A stretch of 64,000 nt of DNA, taken from assembly GCA_050633305.1 (NCBI GenBank), contig JBOEGF010000047.1, forward strand, positions 1 to 64,000, written 5' to 3'. Origin of the DNA: Nannocystales bacterium. GTDB taxonomy: Bacteria; Myxococcota_A; Polyangia; Nannocystales; Nannocystaceae. Position numbers and translations under genes: made by a program. The notes under the pieces were generated by a model, which saw nothing but the letters and a program-made list of their open reading frames with translations, was not told the DNA's origin and made no database searches. Shown here piece after piece: positions 39,619 through 50,626 of this stretch (the first letter of the stretch is position 1; every line of letters begins with the position of its first letter).

Positions 39619-41913
39619 TCAGTCGAACAACGAGACTTGCAGGCCGGCGACCGCGGCAAAGCTGGTGCCCAAGAACTGCAGCAACCCATCTGCAGCAGGC
39701 GCGAGCTGACGCGACAGGTAGTGCTCATGGTCGAGGCGCCCGTGGGGCAACTCGACGGGTTCAGCGCCGCGTGCCGTAATCACGTAGCGAATCTCTCGAA
39801 CTTGGCGTCCGAGTTTTCGCGCCGCCTGGATGTGTGGTGGCACGTTCCGCTCGTAGGCATCCAACCGACGGCGAATGCGCTTGCGATAGACCAACTCGTC
39901 GTCGAGTTCGCCTGCACGAACCGAGCGGGCCAAGGCCGCCATCCATTCACGCCACGGCCGCTCGGCGAACACGCGCGCCAACAGCTCGCGTTGAAATCGA
40001 CGCGCCAGCGGAGTCCAGTCGGTCCGCACAGCCTCGAGCCCCTTGATCACGAGCTGCGCATCGGGCCCGGCGCCCAGGGTCCCCGCGTACCGCTTCTTGC
40101 TGCCTTTGTCCGAACCCCGCATGGTCGGCATCAAGAAGCGACGATAGTGGGTCTCGAACTCGAGTTCGAGGTGACTCTCGATTCCATAGGTGGAGGCAAG
40201 GTGTTCCGTCCAATGCCGATTGAGCTCGGCCGCCAAGCCCTCACCGATCTCGGCGCACCGCTGTGGAGTACCCACCCCCACGTGCACAAACACCGAATCG
40301 GTATCTCCGTAGATGACCTGGAGCCCCTGCTCCTCGATCAACGCCCGACTCTCCTGAATGATCTCGTGCCCGCGCAAGGTGATCGAGCTGGCCAGCTGGG
40401 GGCTGAAGAATCGGCACCCTCCGCTGCCGAGCACCCCGTAAAACGAGTTCATGAGGATCTTGATGGCACGTGACCGCGCGGCATCCTTCCTCCGCTTCGC
40501 CTCTTCCCGCGCCGCCCACAGGCCCTCGATCAACGCGGGAAGAATGTGGCCGTCCCGGGCAAAACTGGCCCCCTCGAAGCCCGGAATCGGATCCTCGCCG
40601 GGCACCGCGAGCCCCAGCGGATCGATCGCGAAGGTGCGGATGATGCTGGGGTACAGACTCTTGAAGTCCAAGACGAGCACGTTGTCGTAGAGCCCGGGCA
40701 ACGAGTCCATCACCCAACCGCCAGGACTCCCAAACACCCCCTCTCCGTCGCCAACATCGGGCGCCACGTACCCGCGACGATGTAGGCGAGGCAAGTACAG
40801 GTTGTCGAAAGCTGCGACCGAGCCTCCCTGGCGGTCCATCGGCAGCCCAGTCAACGCCTGGCGCTCGGTCGCAAACCCGACCAGATCCGCTTTCGCGAAG
40901 ATATCCAGCACCAAACGAGCATCTTGCAAGTTGTACGCGGCGAGGGCGGGCTTGTCCTCGGTGTGCAAACGGTTGATCTCGGCGACCGGGTCGGTGCCGT
41001 GTTCGATCTTCTTGCCACGACCGAGCAGGGCTTGGGCCACGTCTTCGAGCCGGAAACTCTCGAACGAAAAGGTGGCCGCGCGCAGGGTTGCGATGCCGTC
41101 GAGCACCGCTCGCCCTGCCACTCGAGCGATATGGGGCTGGCCGTCGTTCCGCGGCACCAAGACGGTCGCCCGCTCTCCGCCGCGACCCAAGGTGAACGGA
41201 ATCTTCAGCGCCTTGGCCTTGTGTTCGAGGTAGGCCAGATCGAACTCGACCACGTTCCAGCCCGCCAGGATGTCTGGGTCTACGGTTGCAACGTGCTCCA
41301 AGAAGCAGCGCAGCAGGGTCGCCTCGTCCGGAACCGCACGGTACGTGCCGTCGGCAGCTTCGCTCGGCGCCGTGATCCAAACCCGGTCGCCACCGTGCCC
41401 TGCTGCGGCGATCGACAGCAACGGTCCATCGAACCCCGCGGTCTCGATGTCGAAGGAGAGCAACGAGGTCGCCGTCGTGAAGTCGGTCCTCTCGACCCGC
41501 GGGTTGGTCACCTCGCGAAACCCATCGCGCGAGCGAAAGACCCCATGAAGTGCGAAGGCTCCCGTCACAAACCGTTCCATCAAGAAGCGGTCGTGAGGCT
41601 TGATCGCGGCCTCGAACGTCAGACCGCCGGCAGACCGAATGCGGTGCCGTTCGGTGCTCAGCGCCCGCTGAGAGCTGAAGTAGGCCGCGTCGACGGGCGC
41701 ACCGCGCAACGTCGAAAGCTCGACAGAACGACGGCGCCCCTCTTGGGTGGGTGTCGCCCGCTCGACGAACATCACCGCATCTTGCCCGGTCAAGACCGCC
41801 TTGACCGGTCCCCGCGCGGACGCCCCCCAGAACGTGAGTTCCAGGCCGTCGCGGCGGTCGAACCATTGACGGGTCAGCAGGACCGCCGAGACCGTCTCGG
41901 TCGCGGACTTCAT
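39619..41913 (-). CDS. polB: DNA polymerase II (family B)
   Basis: LLTRQW, DRFLMERF, SFDIET, GWNVVEFD, LDFKSLYPSIIRTF, KILMNSFYG, YGDTDS, GSKKRYAG, GLEAVRTDWT. Confidence 0.97.
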   Translation of the reverse strand: MKSATETVSAVLLTRQWFDRRDGLELTFWGASARGPVKAVLTGQDAVMFVERATPTQEGRRRSVELSTLRGAPVDAAYFSSQRALSTERHRIRSAGGLTFEAAIKPHDRFLMERFVTGAFALHGVFRSRDGFREVTNPRVERTDFTTATSLLSFDIETAGFDGPLLSIAAAGHGGDRVWITAPSEAADGTYRAVPDEATLLRCFLEHVATVDPDILAGWNVVEFDLAYLEHKAKALKIPFTLGRGGERATVLVPRNDGQPHIARVAGRAVLDGIATLRAATFSFESFRLEDVAQALLGRGKKIEHGTDPVAEINRLHTEDKPALAAYNLQDARLVLDIFAKADLVGFATERQALTGLPMDRQGGSVAAFDNLYLPRLHRRGYVAPDVGDGEGVFGSPGGWVMDSLPGLYDNVLVLDFKSLYPSIIRTFAIDPLGLAVPGEDPIPGFEGASFARDGHILPALIEGLWAAREEAKRRKDAARSRAIKILMNSFYGVLGSGGCRFFSPQLASSITLRGHEIIQESRALIEEQGLQVIYGDTDSVFVHVGVGTPQRCAEIGEGLAAELNRHWTEHLASTYGIESHLELEFETHYRRFLMPTMRGSDKGSKKRYAGTLGAGPDAQLVIKGLEAVRTDWTPLARRFQRELLARVFAERPWREWMAALARSVRAGELDDELVYRKRIRRRLDAYERNVPPHIQAARKLGRQVREIRYVITARGAEPVELPHGRLDHEHYLSRQLAPAADGLLQFLGTSFAAVAGLQVSLFD

Positions 41914-42068
41914 CGCGGGACGCAGTCTACATGCGTGCCCTCCGGAGTCGACCCCACGCGACCCGTGAGACCGCGCTCTGCCGCAACGAACCCGTGACAT
42001 GTGCTGGACCTCGGGCGAGACGCGCGGACGCGCGACCAGGAGCCATACGCATCCGGTACAGTATCGGT

Positions 42069-43412
42069 ATGCGTTCCTTGGCTCTCATCGCATCACTTGG
42101 ACTCGTCGGCTGCTTCAACCCGGACGACACCAATGCGGAGACCGATTCCGGCACCTCATCGACGGGGACGACCAGCCCGGACACCCAGACCTCCGCCCCG
42201 TCGACGAGCGCGCCGTCCTCGACGGGACCCGGCTCGACGACGACCGCCACCGTTTCGGACACCAACTCGAGTAGCGAGACCACATCCGCCGACGCGTCGA
42301 CCACGGCGAGCACCGACCCCACGATGGGGACATCCGGCGATGCATCCAGCTCGACCACCGACTTCGTCCCCGGATGCGACAACGGCGTCGTTGAGGATGG
42401 CGAGCTCTGCTTCCTCGATCCGGTCGAGCTCGACACCCTCGTGAGTAGCCAAGGCGTCGCGATCGCGGACCTCGACGGCGATGACCACCTCGATGTCGTG
42501 GTCGGAGACTACGGAGATGGGGCCGTGGGAGGGTTGTACGTCTACCTCGGCAGCGGCGACGGGAACTTCTCGGACGCCATCGACTCCGGCGACGACACCC
42601 CACTCATCCGTGTGGCCGCCGCCGCCATCGCGGACGGCGTGGTCGATGTCATCGCGATGCGAGCGACCGCGACCTCGGCCATCATGCGATTCCGCGGCAA
42701 CGACGACGGCAGTTTTTCCAGCATCACCGCCTATGCCGGTGGCAGCAACTGGGATGTTGCGTTGGCCGACCTCAACGGAGACGACCGGTTGGACGCACTG
42801 GGAACCAACTCCGGCATCAACGTGCTGATCGCGACCGCCGCCGAGGGCTTCGGAGCCGCCGAAACCTTCGGCAGTCCCACGGCGTTCCAAAACGTCCATG
42901 CCGCCGACTTGAACGGCGACGGCGACCTCGACGTGGTGGCAGGGGTCGCCAGCGGCATCTACCCGTTCATCAACGATGGCGGCGGAACCCTTGCGATCGG
43001 CACAGCGTTTGGCACGGGCTCCAGCGATGTGATGGTCGGAGACTTCGATGGCGACGACAATCTCGACGTGGCCGGAACCGGGAACAGCATCGTGTCGGTG
43101 CACTTCGGAGGCGGGGACGGCTCGTTCTCCGCCGGGCTGGAGCTGACCGTGAACTCGTCTCCGATCGCGGGCAAGGCGTCGGACCTCGACAACGACGGCT
43201 TCGACGACATCATCGTGGTCAACACGAGCGGAACGACCAGCATCCTGATGAGCAATGGAGACGGCACGTTCGCCCCCCAGGAACTGTTCACGATGCTCGA
43301 TGGCTACCTGTACGACATGGACATGGGAGACTTGAACGAGGACGGGGTCGACGACGTCGTGGTGGTCTCGCCCAACGCCGGGCCGGTCCAGCTGCTGCTG
43401 TCGCACATCTGA
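42069..43412 (+). CDS. FG-GAP/VCBS repeat lipoprotein
   Basis: LVGC lipobox, T/S linker, repeated ADLDGD..LDVV. Confidence 0.92.
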   Translation: MRSLALIASLGLVGCFNPDDTNAETDSGTSSTGTTSPDTQTSAPSTSAPSSTGPGSTTTATVSDTNSSSETTSADASTTASTDPTMGTSGDASSSTTDFVPGCDNGVVEDGELCFLDPVELDTLVSSQGVAIADLDGDDHLDVVVGDYGDGAVGGLYVYLGSGDGNFSDAIDSGDDTPLIRVAAAAIADGVVDVIAMRATATSAIMRFRGNDDGSFSSITAYAGGSNWDVALADLNGDDRLDALGTNSGINVLIATAAEGFGAAETFGSPTAFQNVHAADLNGDGDLDVVAGVASGIYPFINDGGGTLAIGTAFGTGSSDVMVGDFDGDDNLDVAGTGNSIVSVHFGGGDGSFSAGLELTVNSSPIAGKASDLDNDGFDDIIVVNTSGTTSILMSNGDGTFAPQELFTMLDGYLYDMDMGDLNEDGVDDVVVVSPNAGPVQLLLSHI

Positions 43413-43441
43413 GTTCGGCCCGCACGATCGAGCGGCACCGC

Positions 43442-46400
43442 TCACCGCATCAGGGCCGTCAGTTCATCCAGGTCCAGCGCCCTTGCGGTGCTCATCCCGC
43501 CCAGCACATCCTGCGCGAGTTCGCGTTTTTCACCATGCAACGCAAGGATCTTCGGTTCGATGCTGCCTACGGTGCAGTAGCGATAGACCGTGACGGGTCG
43601 GGTCTGACCCATCCGGTGCGCCCGGCCGGTGGCTTGGTCCTCGACCGCGGGGTTCCACCACGGGTCCACATGAATCACGTAGTCCGCTGCGGTGAGGTTC
43701 ACACCCACCCCACCCGCCTTGAGACTCATGAGAAACACATCCGCGTCCCCGGCCTGGAAGGCATCAATGCGCCGGGCTCGCTCGGGACCGGGGGTTGAGC
43801 CCTGGAGTTCCAGGACACGGACACCCCGCTTGCGCAGCAGCTCGCCGAGGATCGCCAGCACGCCGAGGAACTGGGTGAACACCAACACCTGGTGCCCTGC
43901 CGCGACCAACTCGCGCGCTCGGTCGACGACAAGGTCGAGCTTGGCGCCTCGCGGTGCGGTCTCATCGACCAACCGAGGCTCGACGGCAGCGCGCCGTAGA
44001 CGGCTGATCTCGGCCAGGATCTTGATCCGCGAACGGCCCCGGACGTCCTTGGATGCGCCCAGGCGTTCTTGGGCGAGCTGACGCTGGGCTTCGTACCAGG
44101 CGCGCTCCCGAGTACTCGGCTCCACCATGACGAGGGTCTCCGAGCGCTCGGGTAGCTCGGTCAAGACCATGTCCTTCGTCCGCCGCAACAAGAACGGCCG
44201 TACCAGAGCCCGCAGACGTGAGGCTGCCGCCGCGTCCCCGGCCGCGACGGCACGAGCGGTCGTCCGACGAAAGACATCCTCGTCCCCCATCAAACCGGGC
44301 ACGCAGGAGTTGAAGACACTCCACAGCTCCCCGAGGTGGTTTTCGATCGGGGTCCCGGTGAGGCCGAATCGGACATCCGCCACAATCGACGCCGCGGCCT
44401 GGGTGCGTGCGCTCGATGCATTCTTGAGCGCGTGCGCCTCGTCAAAGACCAGTGTGGCGACCTCGAGGGGGTCGCCCTCGAAGCGGGAGAGCAGGCCATA
44501 GCTCAAGACCGCCAACGTGCCGGGGCCCAGACTCCGGAGCGTGGGCTCTCGCTGCGCACGGGGGATCGTGCCCACGTCGACGACCCGCATCGATGGAGCG
44601 AACCGAGTCGCTTCCGCACACCAGTTGGCGACGACCGAGGTGGGGCATACGACCAGGGCGGGGCCTTGTTTCTTGCGCTCCAGCAAGACGGCGAGGGTCT
44701 GCACGGTCTTGCCCAACCCCATGTCGTCGGCCAGGACGCCCCCCAAGCCGGCGCGTGCGAGACGGGACATCCACACGAAGCCTTCTCGCTGATACCCGCG
44801 CAGCGTGGCGCGAAGACCCCGCGGAGTCCGGGGTCGAGAGGACAGAGCGTCCTCGATGTCCGCGCGCCGCTGCCTCAACTCGCCGGCGAAACTCAGCCCG
44901 CCGTCCTCCCCCAGCAGACCCTCCAACGCGGGCAGTGCGACCTCGGGGAGCAAGACCCCCTCGGCCCCGTCCCGAGCCGCTCGGGCGTCGCGAAGGTGCC
45001 CAAGCGCGTCGAGTTTGCGGCGCAGGCTCTCGGAGAGGCGCAGCACCTGCCCATCCGCCAGGGGCACAAACCGACCGCTCCCTTCCCGCTCGGCCCCCAG
45101 CAGTCGCCACGTGCTGACCTCCCCCTCATCGACCTGTAGATCGGCTTCGATCCGCAACCAATGCCCCTTGTCCCGCCGGACCGAGATGTTGATATCGCGG
45201 ACATCGTACTCCCGAGACAAGCGCAACGGTTTGCCGCGCGGCCACGCCAACGTGACGGTTCCGGCCTTCGCTTCCAGGGTCAGCTCGCCCAGGGCCCGAC
45301 ACGCGGACTCCACTCCGTAGGCCAACAGCGCGCCATCGTCCGCGGTGTCCAAGGCCTGAAGGCGCGGACACGCCTCGAGCAACGCCTCCAGAGCCGCTCG
45401 CTCTCCCTCGAGATCCCGCGTGGTCGTCCGCAGGCTGCGATCCGCATGCGCGACGATCTCCGCGGGCCCCTCTGCAGGCGTGCAGCGCGGACCTCCGCGC
45501 CCCAGCGGCCAGCATTGGATGAGGAGGTGGAGCATGGGGCTGCGCCATTCCAAGTCGACCTCCAAGTCGGTCTTGGGATCCACGTGCTTGTCCTCGAGGT
45601 CGAAAGTGCCGCGTGCTTGCAACGAAACCTGGCCGGCCAATCGCGGCAAGACAGGCAACAGACGCTCGAGCGCGACCTGGGGAACACGGCCATCGGGCGT
45701 CCCACCGAGCGCCTCGAGGACCGCCTCCGTGGGTTCGTCGGTCGGGTAGACGACCAACCGGCTCGATGTCTCCCACTCGACCGCGACCGGCGAAGCCCGC
45801 AACGCTTCGGGCTCGACGAAGATCCGCGCGCCCCGAGGATCACCGTCGACGACGACCCTCGGCGTCCCCCGAACCACGACCAGCGCCCGTCCGTCTCCCC
45901 CACGAACCCTCGGGTGGCCGACCATCGCCAGCAGCGCGGCGGCGTCGGGACCGACGGCCCGGCCCGATGCCGCACCGACCCCACCGCTGAGTTCGCTGAG
46001 TTCGCGCGCGCGCAACCAGGCGTGGGCGATCGCGACGTCGTGCTCGTCGGCGAGACCGACGTGCTTGCCGACGAGTTCCGCGATGCTGATCGCTCGGCCT
46101 TGCACCGCCTGCGCAGAACGGACCAGACGCGGCGCCACCGTGGGCGCATCGGCTGCACCCAGAACGTCCCAGTGGATCGCGGGCCGCCCACCCGCCTGCG
46201 GCGCCAACCGTTCGGCGAGAGCCTCGAGTTGTTCGACCACGTGCTCCCACGCAGCCCGAGGCGCGTACGCCTGCAGCAAGCTCACCTGCGATGAGGATGA
46301 ACCGGAGCGACACGCCAACGCTGCGAACGTCTGCGGAATGAGCGTCGAGCGCAACGCCTCCGCACTCCGAGCATGCGCCGCGACGCAGACCTGGAGTTCC

Positions 46401-47551
46401 TCCGGCTCGTCTACGGGCATCCAACGGGTGAGCAGGCCTCCAACCAATCCGGTCGTCCACGGCAGGTGGGGACGCCCGCGAAACACCTCCCCGAGTTCGC
46501 CGGCCAGCGAAGCGACGGTCGACACGCCGGTCTCCACATCCCGGAACCCCCCGAGAAGCTCGAGGGCGTCCTCGTGCTGTGGCGACCGTCCGCGGGCTTG
46601 CCCCAACACATCGTCGAACCGCAGCCACGCCCCCTCCTGCCCGCATCGGGCTGCATCCACACACGCCAGCAGCATGCACAGCGCCACAAGCCCGCGTACC
46701 TGCGCCGGGTGCGACTCCAGCAGGGCGGCTCCGACCGAAAAGCAGCGACCCAGCTCGCCCTGCGCGAAGGCATGCAGCAGCGTCAGGCTCGCGCCGATCG
46801 CCTTGCCACGCACACGTGTCCAAGCCTCCGAACGCGCCGCGTCCTGCGAAAGCACGCCGCCTCGGAGCAGCTCGACCGGGAAGCGTTTGGTCGCGGTCAA
46901 CCGCCGCGGCGCAAGCACCTCGAGCACCGTTTCGACGAGCCCGGTTGGCAGCGCGCGGAGTTCATCGGTGCAGCGCAGTCCCACGCCCTTGGCGTACGAG
47001 ACCAGCACCTCATCCGGCGCGCTCTCCAACCACTCCCGTTCGGGGTTGAGGCCCAGCAGATCGACAGGCCACTGCTTGGATCCCCGAGCGACCGAGACGA
47101 ACTCGGGCATCGACACCGACGCCATCGCTTCCCCCACGCACCCCAGCGCTAGCTGCACTCGAGCCTGGCGTAGAAGGTCCCATCCGTAGACCGACACCCG
47201 GCGCGTCCCAAAGGCCCGCGCGGCGTCGGCCTCCAGCCGGCCCGCTCGGTGGGCTGCCCGCAGCACCAACCATGCGCGCTCGGGGTCCATGACGTACTGC
47301 AGCCGCCAGGTATCCATCTGCGATTGCACCCAGCCGCGCTCCACGAAGCCCCGCAGGCGTCGGTCGAGTTCCCGCCCTCGAAACTCGGGTGGCAGCGGGT
47401 CTTTGCTCTGTCCCCGGACGACCCGCGCCGCGACTTCGAGCCAGGCCGCCTTGCTCTGCAGCTCGGGCGCGATCGCCTTCGCGACAAGAAGCACCCCGTC
47501 GACCTCGTCGAGGCCGGCAAAGAACGCCTCGCCGTGGGCCTCGTCCACCAT
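43442..47551 (-). CDS. SNF2-family DEAD/DEAH helicase with long N-terminal region
   Basis: LRGYQREG, LADDMGLGKT, DEAH, LTGTPIEN, SLKAGGVGVNLT, QATGRAHRMGQ. Confidence 0.95.
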   Translation of the reverse strand: MVDEAHGEAFFAGLDEVDGVLLVAKAIAPELQSKAAWLEVAARVVRGQSKDPLPPEFRGRELDRRLRGFVERGWVQSQMDTWRLQYVMDPERAWLVLRAAHRAGRLEADAARAFGTRRVSVYGWDLLRQARVQLALGCVGEAMASVSMPEFVSVARGSKQWPVDLLGLNPEREWLESAPDEVLVSYAKGVGLRCTDELRALPTGLVETVLEVLAPRRLTATKRFPVELLRGGVLSQDAARSEAWTRVRGKAIGASLTLLHAFAQGELGRCFSVGAALLESHPAQVRGLVALCMLLACVDAARCGQEGAWLRFDDVLGQARGRSPQHEDALELLGGFRDVETGVSTVASLAGELGEVFRGRPHLPWTTGLVGGLLTRWMPVDEPEELQVCVAAHARSAEALRSTLIPQTFAALACRSGSSSSQVSLLQAYAPRAAWEHVVEQLEALAERLAPQAGGRPAIHWDVLGAADAPTVAPRLVRSAQAVQGRAISIAELVGKHVGLADEHDVAIAHAWLRARELSELSGGVGAASGRAVGPDAAALLAMVGHPRVRGGDGRALVVVRGTPRVVVDGDPRGARIFVEPEALRASPVAVEWETSSRLVVYPTDEPTEAVLEALGGTPDGRVPQVALERLLPVLPRLAGQVSLQARGTFDLEDKHVDPKTDLEVDLEWRSPMLHLLIQCWPLGRGGPRCTPAEGPAEIVAHADRSLRTTTRDLEGERAALEALLEACPRLQALDTADDGALLAYGVESACRALGELTLEAKAGTVTLAWPRGKPLRLSREYDVRDINISVRRDKGHWLRIEADLQVDEGEVSTWRLLGAEREGSGRFVPLADGQVLRLSESLRRKLDALGHLRDARAARDGAEGVLLPEVALPALEGLLGEDGGLSFAGELRQRRADIEDALSSRPRTPRGLRATLRGYQREGFVWMSRLARAGLGGVLADDMGLGKTVQTLAVLLERKKQGPALVVCPTSVVANWCAEATRFAPSMRVVDVGTIPRAQREPTLRSLGPGTLAVLSYGLLSRFEGDPLEVATLVFDEAHALKNASSARTQAAASIVADVRFGLTGTPIENHLGELWSVFNSCVPGLMGDEDVFRRTTARAVAAGDAAAASRLRALVRPFLLRRTKDMVLTELPERSETLVMVEPSTRERAWYEAQRQLAQERLGASKDVRGRSRIKILAEISRLRRAAVEPRLVDETAPRGAKLDLVVDRARELVAAGHQVLVFTQFLGVLAILGELLRKRGVRVLELQGSTPGPERARRIDAFQAGDADVFLMSLKAGGVGVNLTAADYVIHVDPWWNPAVEDQATGRAHRMGQTRPVTVYRYCTVGSIEPKILALHGEKRELAQDVLGGMSTARALDLDELTALMR

Positions 47552-47992
47552 GGGGCGCAATCATGGGGGCGCATGGCGGCCGGACTCAAGGCCGTGGAAC
47601 GCGACGGCTCAGATGCACCCCTGCCGTCCATCCACCGCGAACTGGTAGACCCCCAGCCCCGCTGGCGACGCGGTCGTGGCACGACGCACACAGAACCCAC
47701 GACCGTTGAACGGGACGGGTCTGCTCAACCGGGGACGAACGTCTGCACCGCGTGGTCACCACCCGGAGAACCGCATGCCGCACAGTCACGCGACCCCCCA
47801 CACCGCGGCAAGACCCGCGGGAACGGCAAGCCACCGCGGAGTCAGCGGCCGCCGCTTGTCTCCCCTGCGACGACGGGAGCCCGGAGCTGGTTGGCCTCGG
47901 GTAGCCTCCCGTGGGCACGCACCGCGCATCCGCGGCCACAGCAGCCTAGAAGGCGCGCTCTGAGAGGCCGGCTGGTACGGTTCGCGGCTCGC

Positions 47993-50626
47993 ATGGCGAC
48001 GTCGAAACCAGGGCTCGAAACCCAACTCCGAGACGCCCGGGCGGGCGAGCAAGGTCTGGAGAAGTCGATGGCGTTCTCTGCGGTCCGCAGGGCTCTGCTC
48101 GGAGCCAAATCCGGGACGGATCCAGCCGACGACACCTTCGGCAAGTACAGGATCCTCGAACGCCTCGGGGCAGGAGGCATGGGCGCTGTGTTCGCGGCCT
48201 GGGACCCTGAACTCGAGCGACGGGTCGCCCTCAAGGTCTTGACCGGCGGACGAGAAGCTCAGCAGGAGCGGCAGATGATCATGCGGGAGGCGAAGGCCGC
48301 GGCGCAGCTGTCCCATCCGAACGTCGTGACCGTGTTCGAGGTCGGCGTGACACAGGACCGCGTGTTCTTGGCGATGGAGTACATCGCTGGGAAAACGCTG
48401 CGCGCGTGGGCGAGCGAGGCGCCGTCGGCCACGGCACGCATCACGGTCCTGCTCCACGCCGGTCGAGGGCTGGCTGCGGCGCATGCCCAAGGACTCGTCC
48501 ATCGCGACTTCAAGCCGGACAACGTCCTGGTCGACGAACAGCAACAGGCCAAGGTCGTCGACTTTGGCCTCGCCCAGTCCAGCGATGATCCCGTCGGCGG
48601 CACCCTGGACGAACGAGAGACCGACAAAGGCCCAGTCTCGCCGATCACCCAAACCGGGCCACGCTCGGGGACGCCGGACTACATGGCCCCCGAGCAGCTC
48701 GGAGGCAGCCCCGCAAACGCCCGGACGGACCAGTTCGCGTTCGCGGTGACCGCATGGGAGTTGCTCTGTGGCGAGCGCCCGTTCCAACGGAATGAACACG
48801 CACGCGAACCCCGAGGACGGCCGCTCACCGGGGTGCCCAGGGGCGTCATGCAAGCCCTCACCCGTGCCCTCTCCGCCGCGCCGGAGGAGCGATTCGACTC
48901 GATGGACCTCCTGCTTGGAGAGCTCGACCCTGCGCCACGGGCAGCCCAAAGAAGCCGGGTGTTGCTCGGCGGCGCGAGTGTCCTGACGATCGGCGCCGTG
49001 GCGTGGGGCATGGCGGCCCGGACACCGCCCCCCACGGCCCAGTGCACGGGAGCGCTGGCGCGGCTCGAGGGGATCTGGGACGGCGAGCATCGCGACCGGT
49101 ACGCGAGCGCATTCTCGGCAGCTTCCCAGGACGGCGCGGAGCAGTGGAGCGCGGCCTCGGACACCCTCTCGCGCTACGCGGATGCGTGGGTCGAAGCGTC
49201 CACCGACGCGTGCGAAGCAACCCGGGTCCGCGGCGAGCAGAGCGACGAGATGTTCACACTGCGAACGCGGTGTCTTCACGGCCGCCTGCGGGCGTTTCGA
49301 GCCCTCACCGGCCGCTTCGAGGCCCTCGACGAGGCCAGTGTTCTCCGCGTCGCTGATGCGGCGCGTGACCTCCCGCCCATCGATGCGTGTGCGGATCCAG
49401 AGGTGCTCACGGCACTTGTCGACCCCCCGCCGACCCAACTCGACGCCGAAGTCGACGCGGTCCGAGACCGTCTGGCCTCGATCGCGGCGTCCGAAGCGCT
49501 GGGCCAGTACGAGCTCGTGGGCGAGGCCATCGTCTCCGTCGTGCGAGACGCCCTGGGCATCGAGTACCGAGCGCTTCACGCCGAAGCGAAGTACTGGGAG
49601 GGCCGCGTCCACCAACGTCGAATGAAACTCGACGAGGCTCGGCTTGCGCTCGAGCAAGCAGTCCTACACGCCACCGCGACTCGCCACGATCGTCTCCTGG
49701 CCGAGAGCCTGGGTTTGCTCGCTCGGGTCGTGGGAGCGCTACAGTCGAACAAGGTCGCCGGGCTGGCCATCGCGGACCAAGCCGAGGCCGCCATCGACCG
49801 ACTCGGCGGTGACCCAGCACTGACAGCCCAGCTCGCCTCGCGTCGCGGCGAGACCTACTACGCCGCCGGCGACTTCGAACCCGCCCGAGCACAGTTCGAG
49901 CTCGCGGTCGAAGGATTCACCGCACTCTCGCCCGAGGGGCCGCAGCTCGCGGACTCGCTCGCCAACCTCGCTGCTGCGACTCGCGGGCTTGGAGACTACG
50001 AGGCCGCCGCAACAATGACGGCGCGCGCGCTCGCACTTCTCGAGCGACGACTCGGACCCAACCATCCCTCCGTGGGCAAGACGCTCGTCAACCAGGCGTC
50101 CCTCCTCAACGCGCTCAACCGTAGCGACCAGGCACGCGCGAGCTACGAGCGCGCCCGCACGATCCTCGCGGCCACCTTCGGCGAGACCCACGTCAACATC
50201 GCGGCCATCGACATGAACCGCGGGAACCTCGAGCTCGACGACGAAAAGTTCGACGCCGCCCTCGATCTTCTTGAAAACGTCCCAACTCGCTTGCAAGCCG
50301 GGCTTCCTCCCGAGCACCCTTGGGTGGCCAAGTCTCTGACCTCACGCGGCCGAGTACGGGTCGAGACCGGACAGATCGCCGAAGGGCTGGCCGACCTCGA
50401 ACGAGCGGTCGCGCTCTACGAGAAGACCGCTCCAGAGTCGATCGACCTCGCGATCGCCCAGTGTCGTCACGCGTGGGCCCTCGGCAAGGGTGGCGATGAA
50501 CCAGGATCCCGGAAGGGGTTCGCGCAAGCCCTCTCGCTGTTCGAGCGAAGGCTCGAGCAAGCGGCGAGCGCTCATCCGGAAGTTCAAAACTGTCATTCCA
50601 TGCAAGAGGAGCTATCATCGCAATGA
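47993..50626 (+). CDS. Ser/Thr protein kinase with TM segment and TPR sensor domain
   Basis: LGAGGMG, VALK, HRDFKPDN, DFG, GTPDYMAPE; TPR repeats (LGPNHP). Confidence 0.95.
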   Translation: MATSKPGLETQLRDARAGEQGLEKSMAFSAVRRALLGAKSGTDPADDTFGKYRILERLGAGGMGAVFAAWDPELERRVALKVLTGGREAQQERQMIMREAKAAAQLSHPNVVTVFEVGVTQDRVFLAMEYIAGKTLRAWASEAPSATARITVLLHAGRGLAAAHAQGLVHRDFKPDNVLVDEQQQAKVVDFGLAQSSDDPVGGTLDERETDKGPVSPITQTGPRSGTPDYMAPEQLGGSPANARTDQFAFAVTAWELLCGERPFQRNEHAREPRGRPLTGVPRGVMQALTRALSAAPEERFDSMDLLLGELDPAPRAAQRSRVLLGGASVLTIGAVAWGMAARTPPPTAQCTGALARLEGIWDGEHRDRYASAFSAASQDGAEQWSAASDTLSRYADAWVEASTDACEATRVRGEQSDEMFTLRTRCLHGRLRAFRALTGRFEALDEASVLRVADAARDLPPIDACADPEVLTALVDPPPTQLDAEVDAVRDRLASIAASEALGQYELVGEAIVSVVRDALGIEYRALHAEAKYWEGRVHQRRMKLDEARLALEQAVLHATATRHDRLLAESLGLLARVVGALQSNKVAGLAIADQAEAAIDRLGGDPALTAQLASRRGETYYAAGDFEPARAQFELAVEGFTALSPEGPQLADSLANLAAATRGLGDYEAAATMTARALALLERRLGPNHPSVGKTLVNQASLLNALNRSDQARASYERARTILAATFGETHVNIAAIDMNRGNLELDDEKFDAALDLLENVPTRLQAGLPPEHPWVAKSLTSRGRVRVETGQIAEGLADLERAVALYEKTAPESIDLAIAQCRHAWALGKGGDEPGSRKGFAQALSLFERRLEQAASAHPEVQNCHSMQEELSSQ

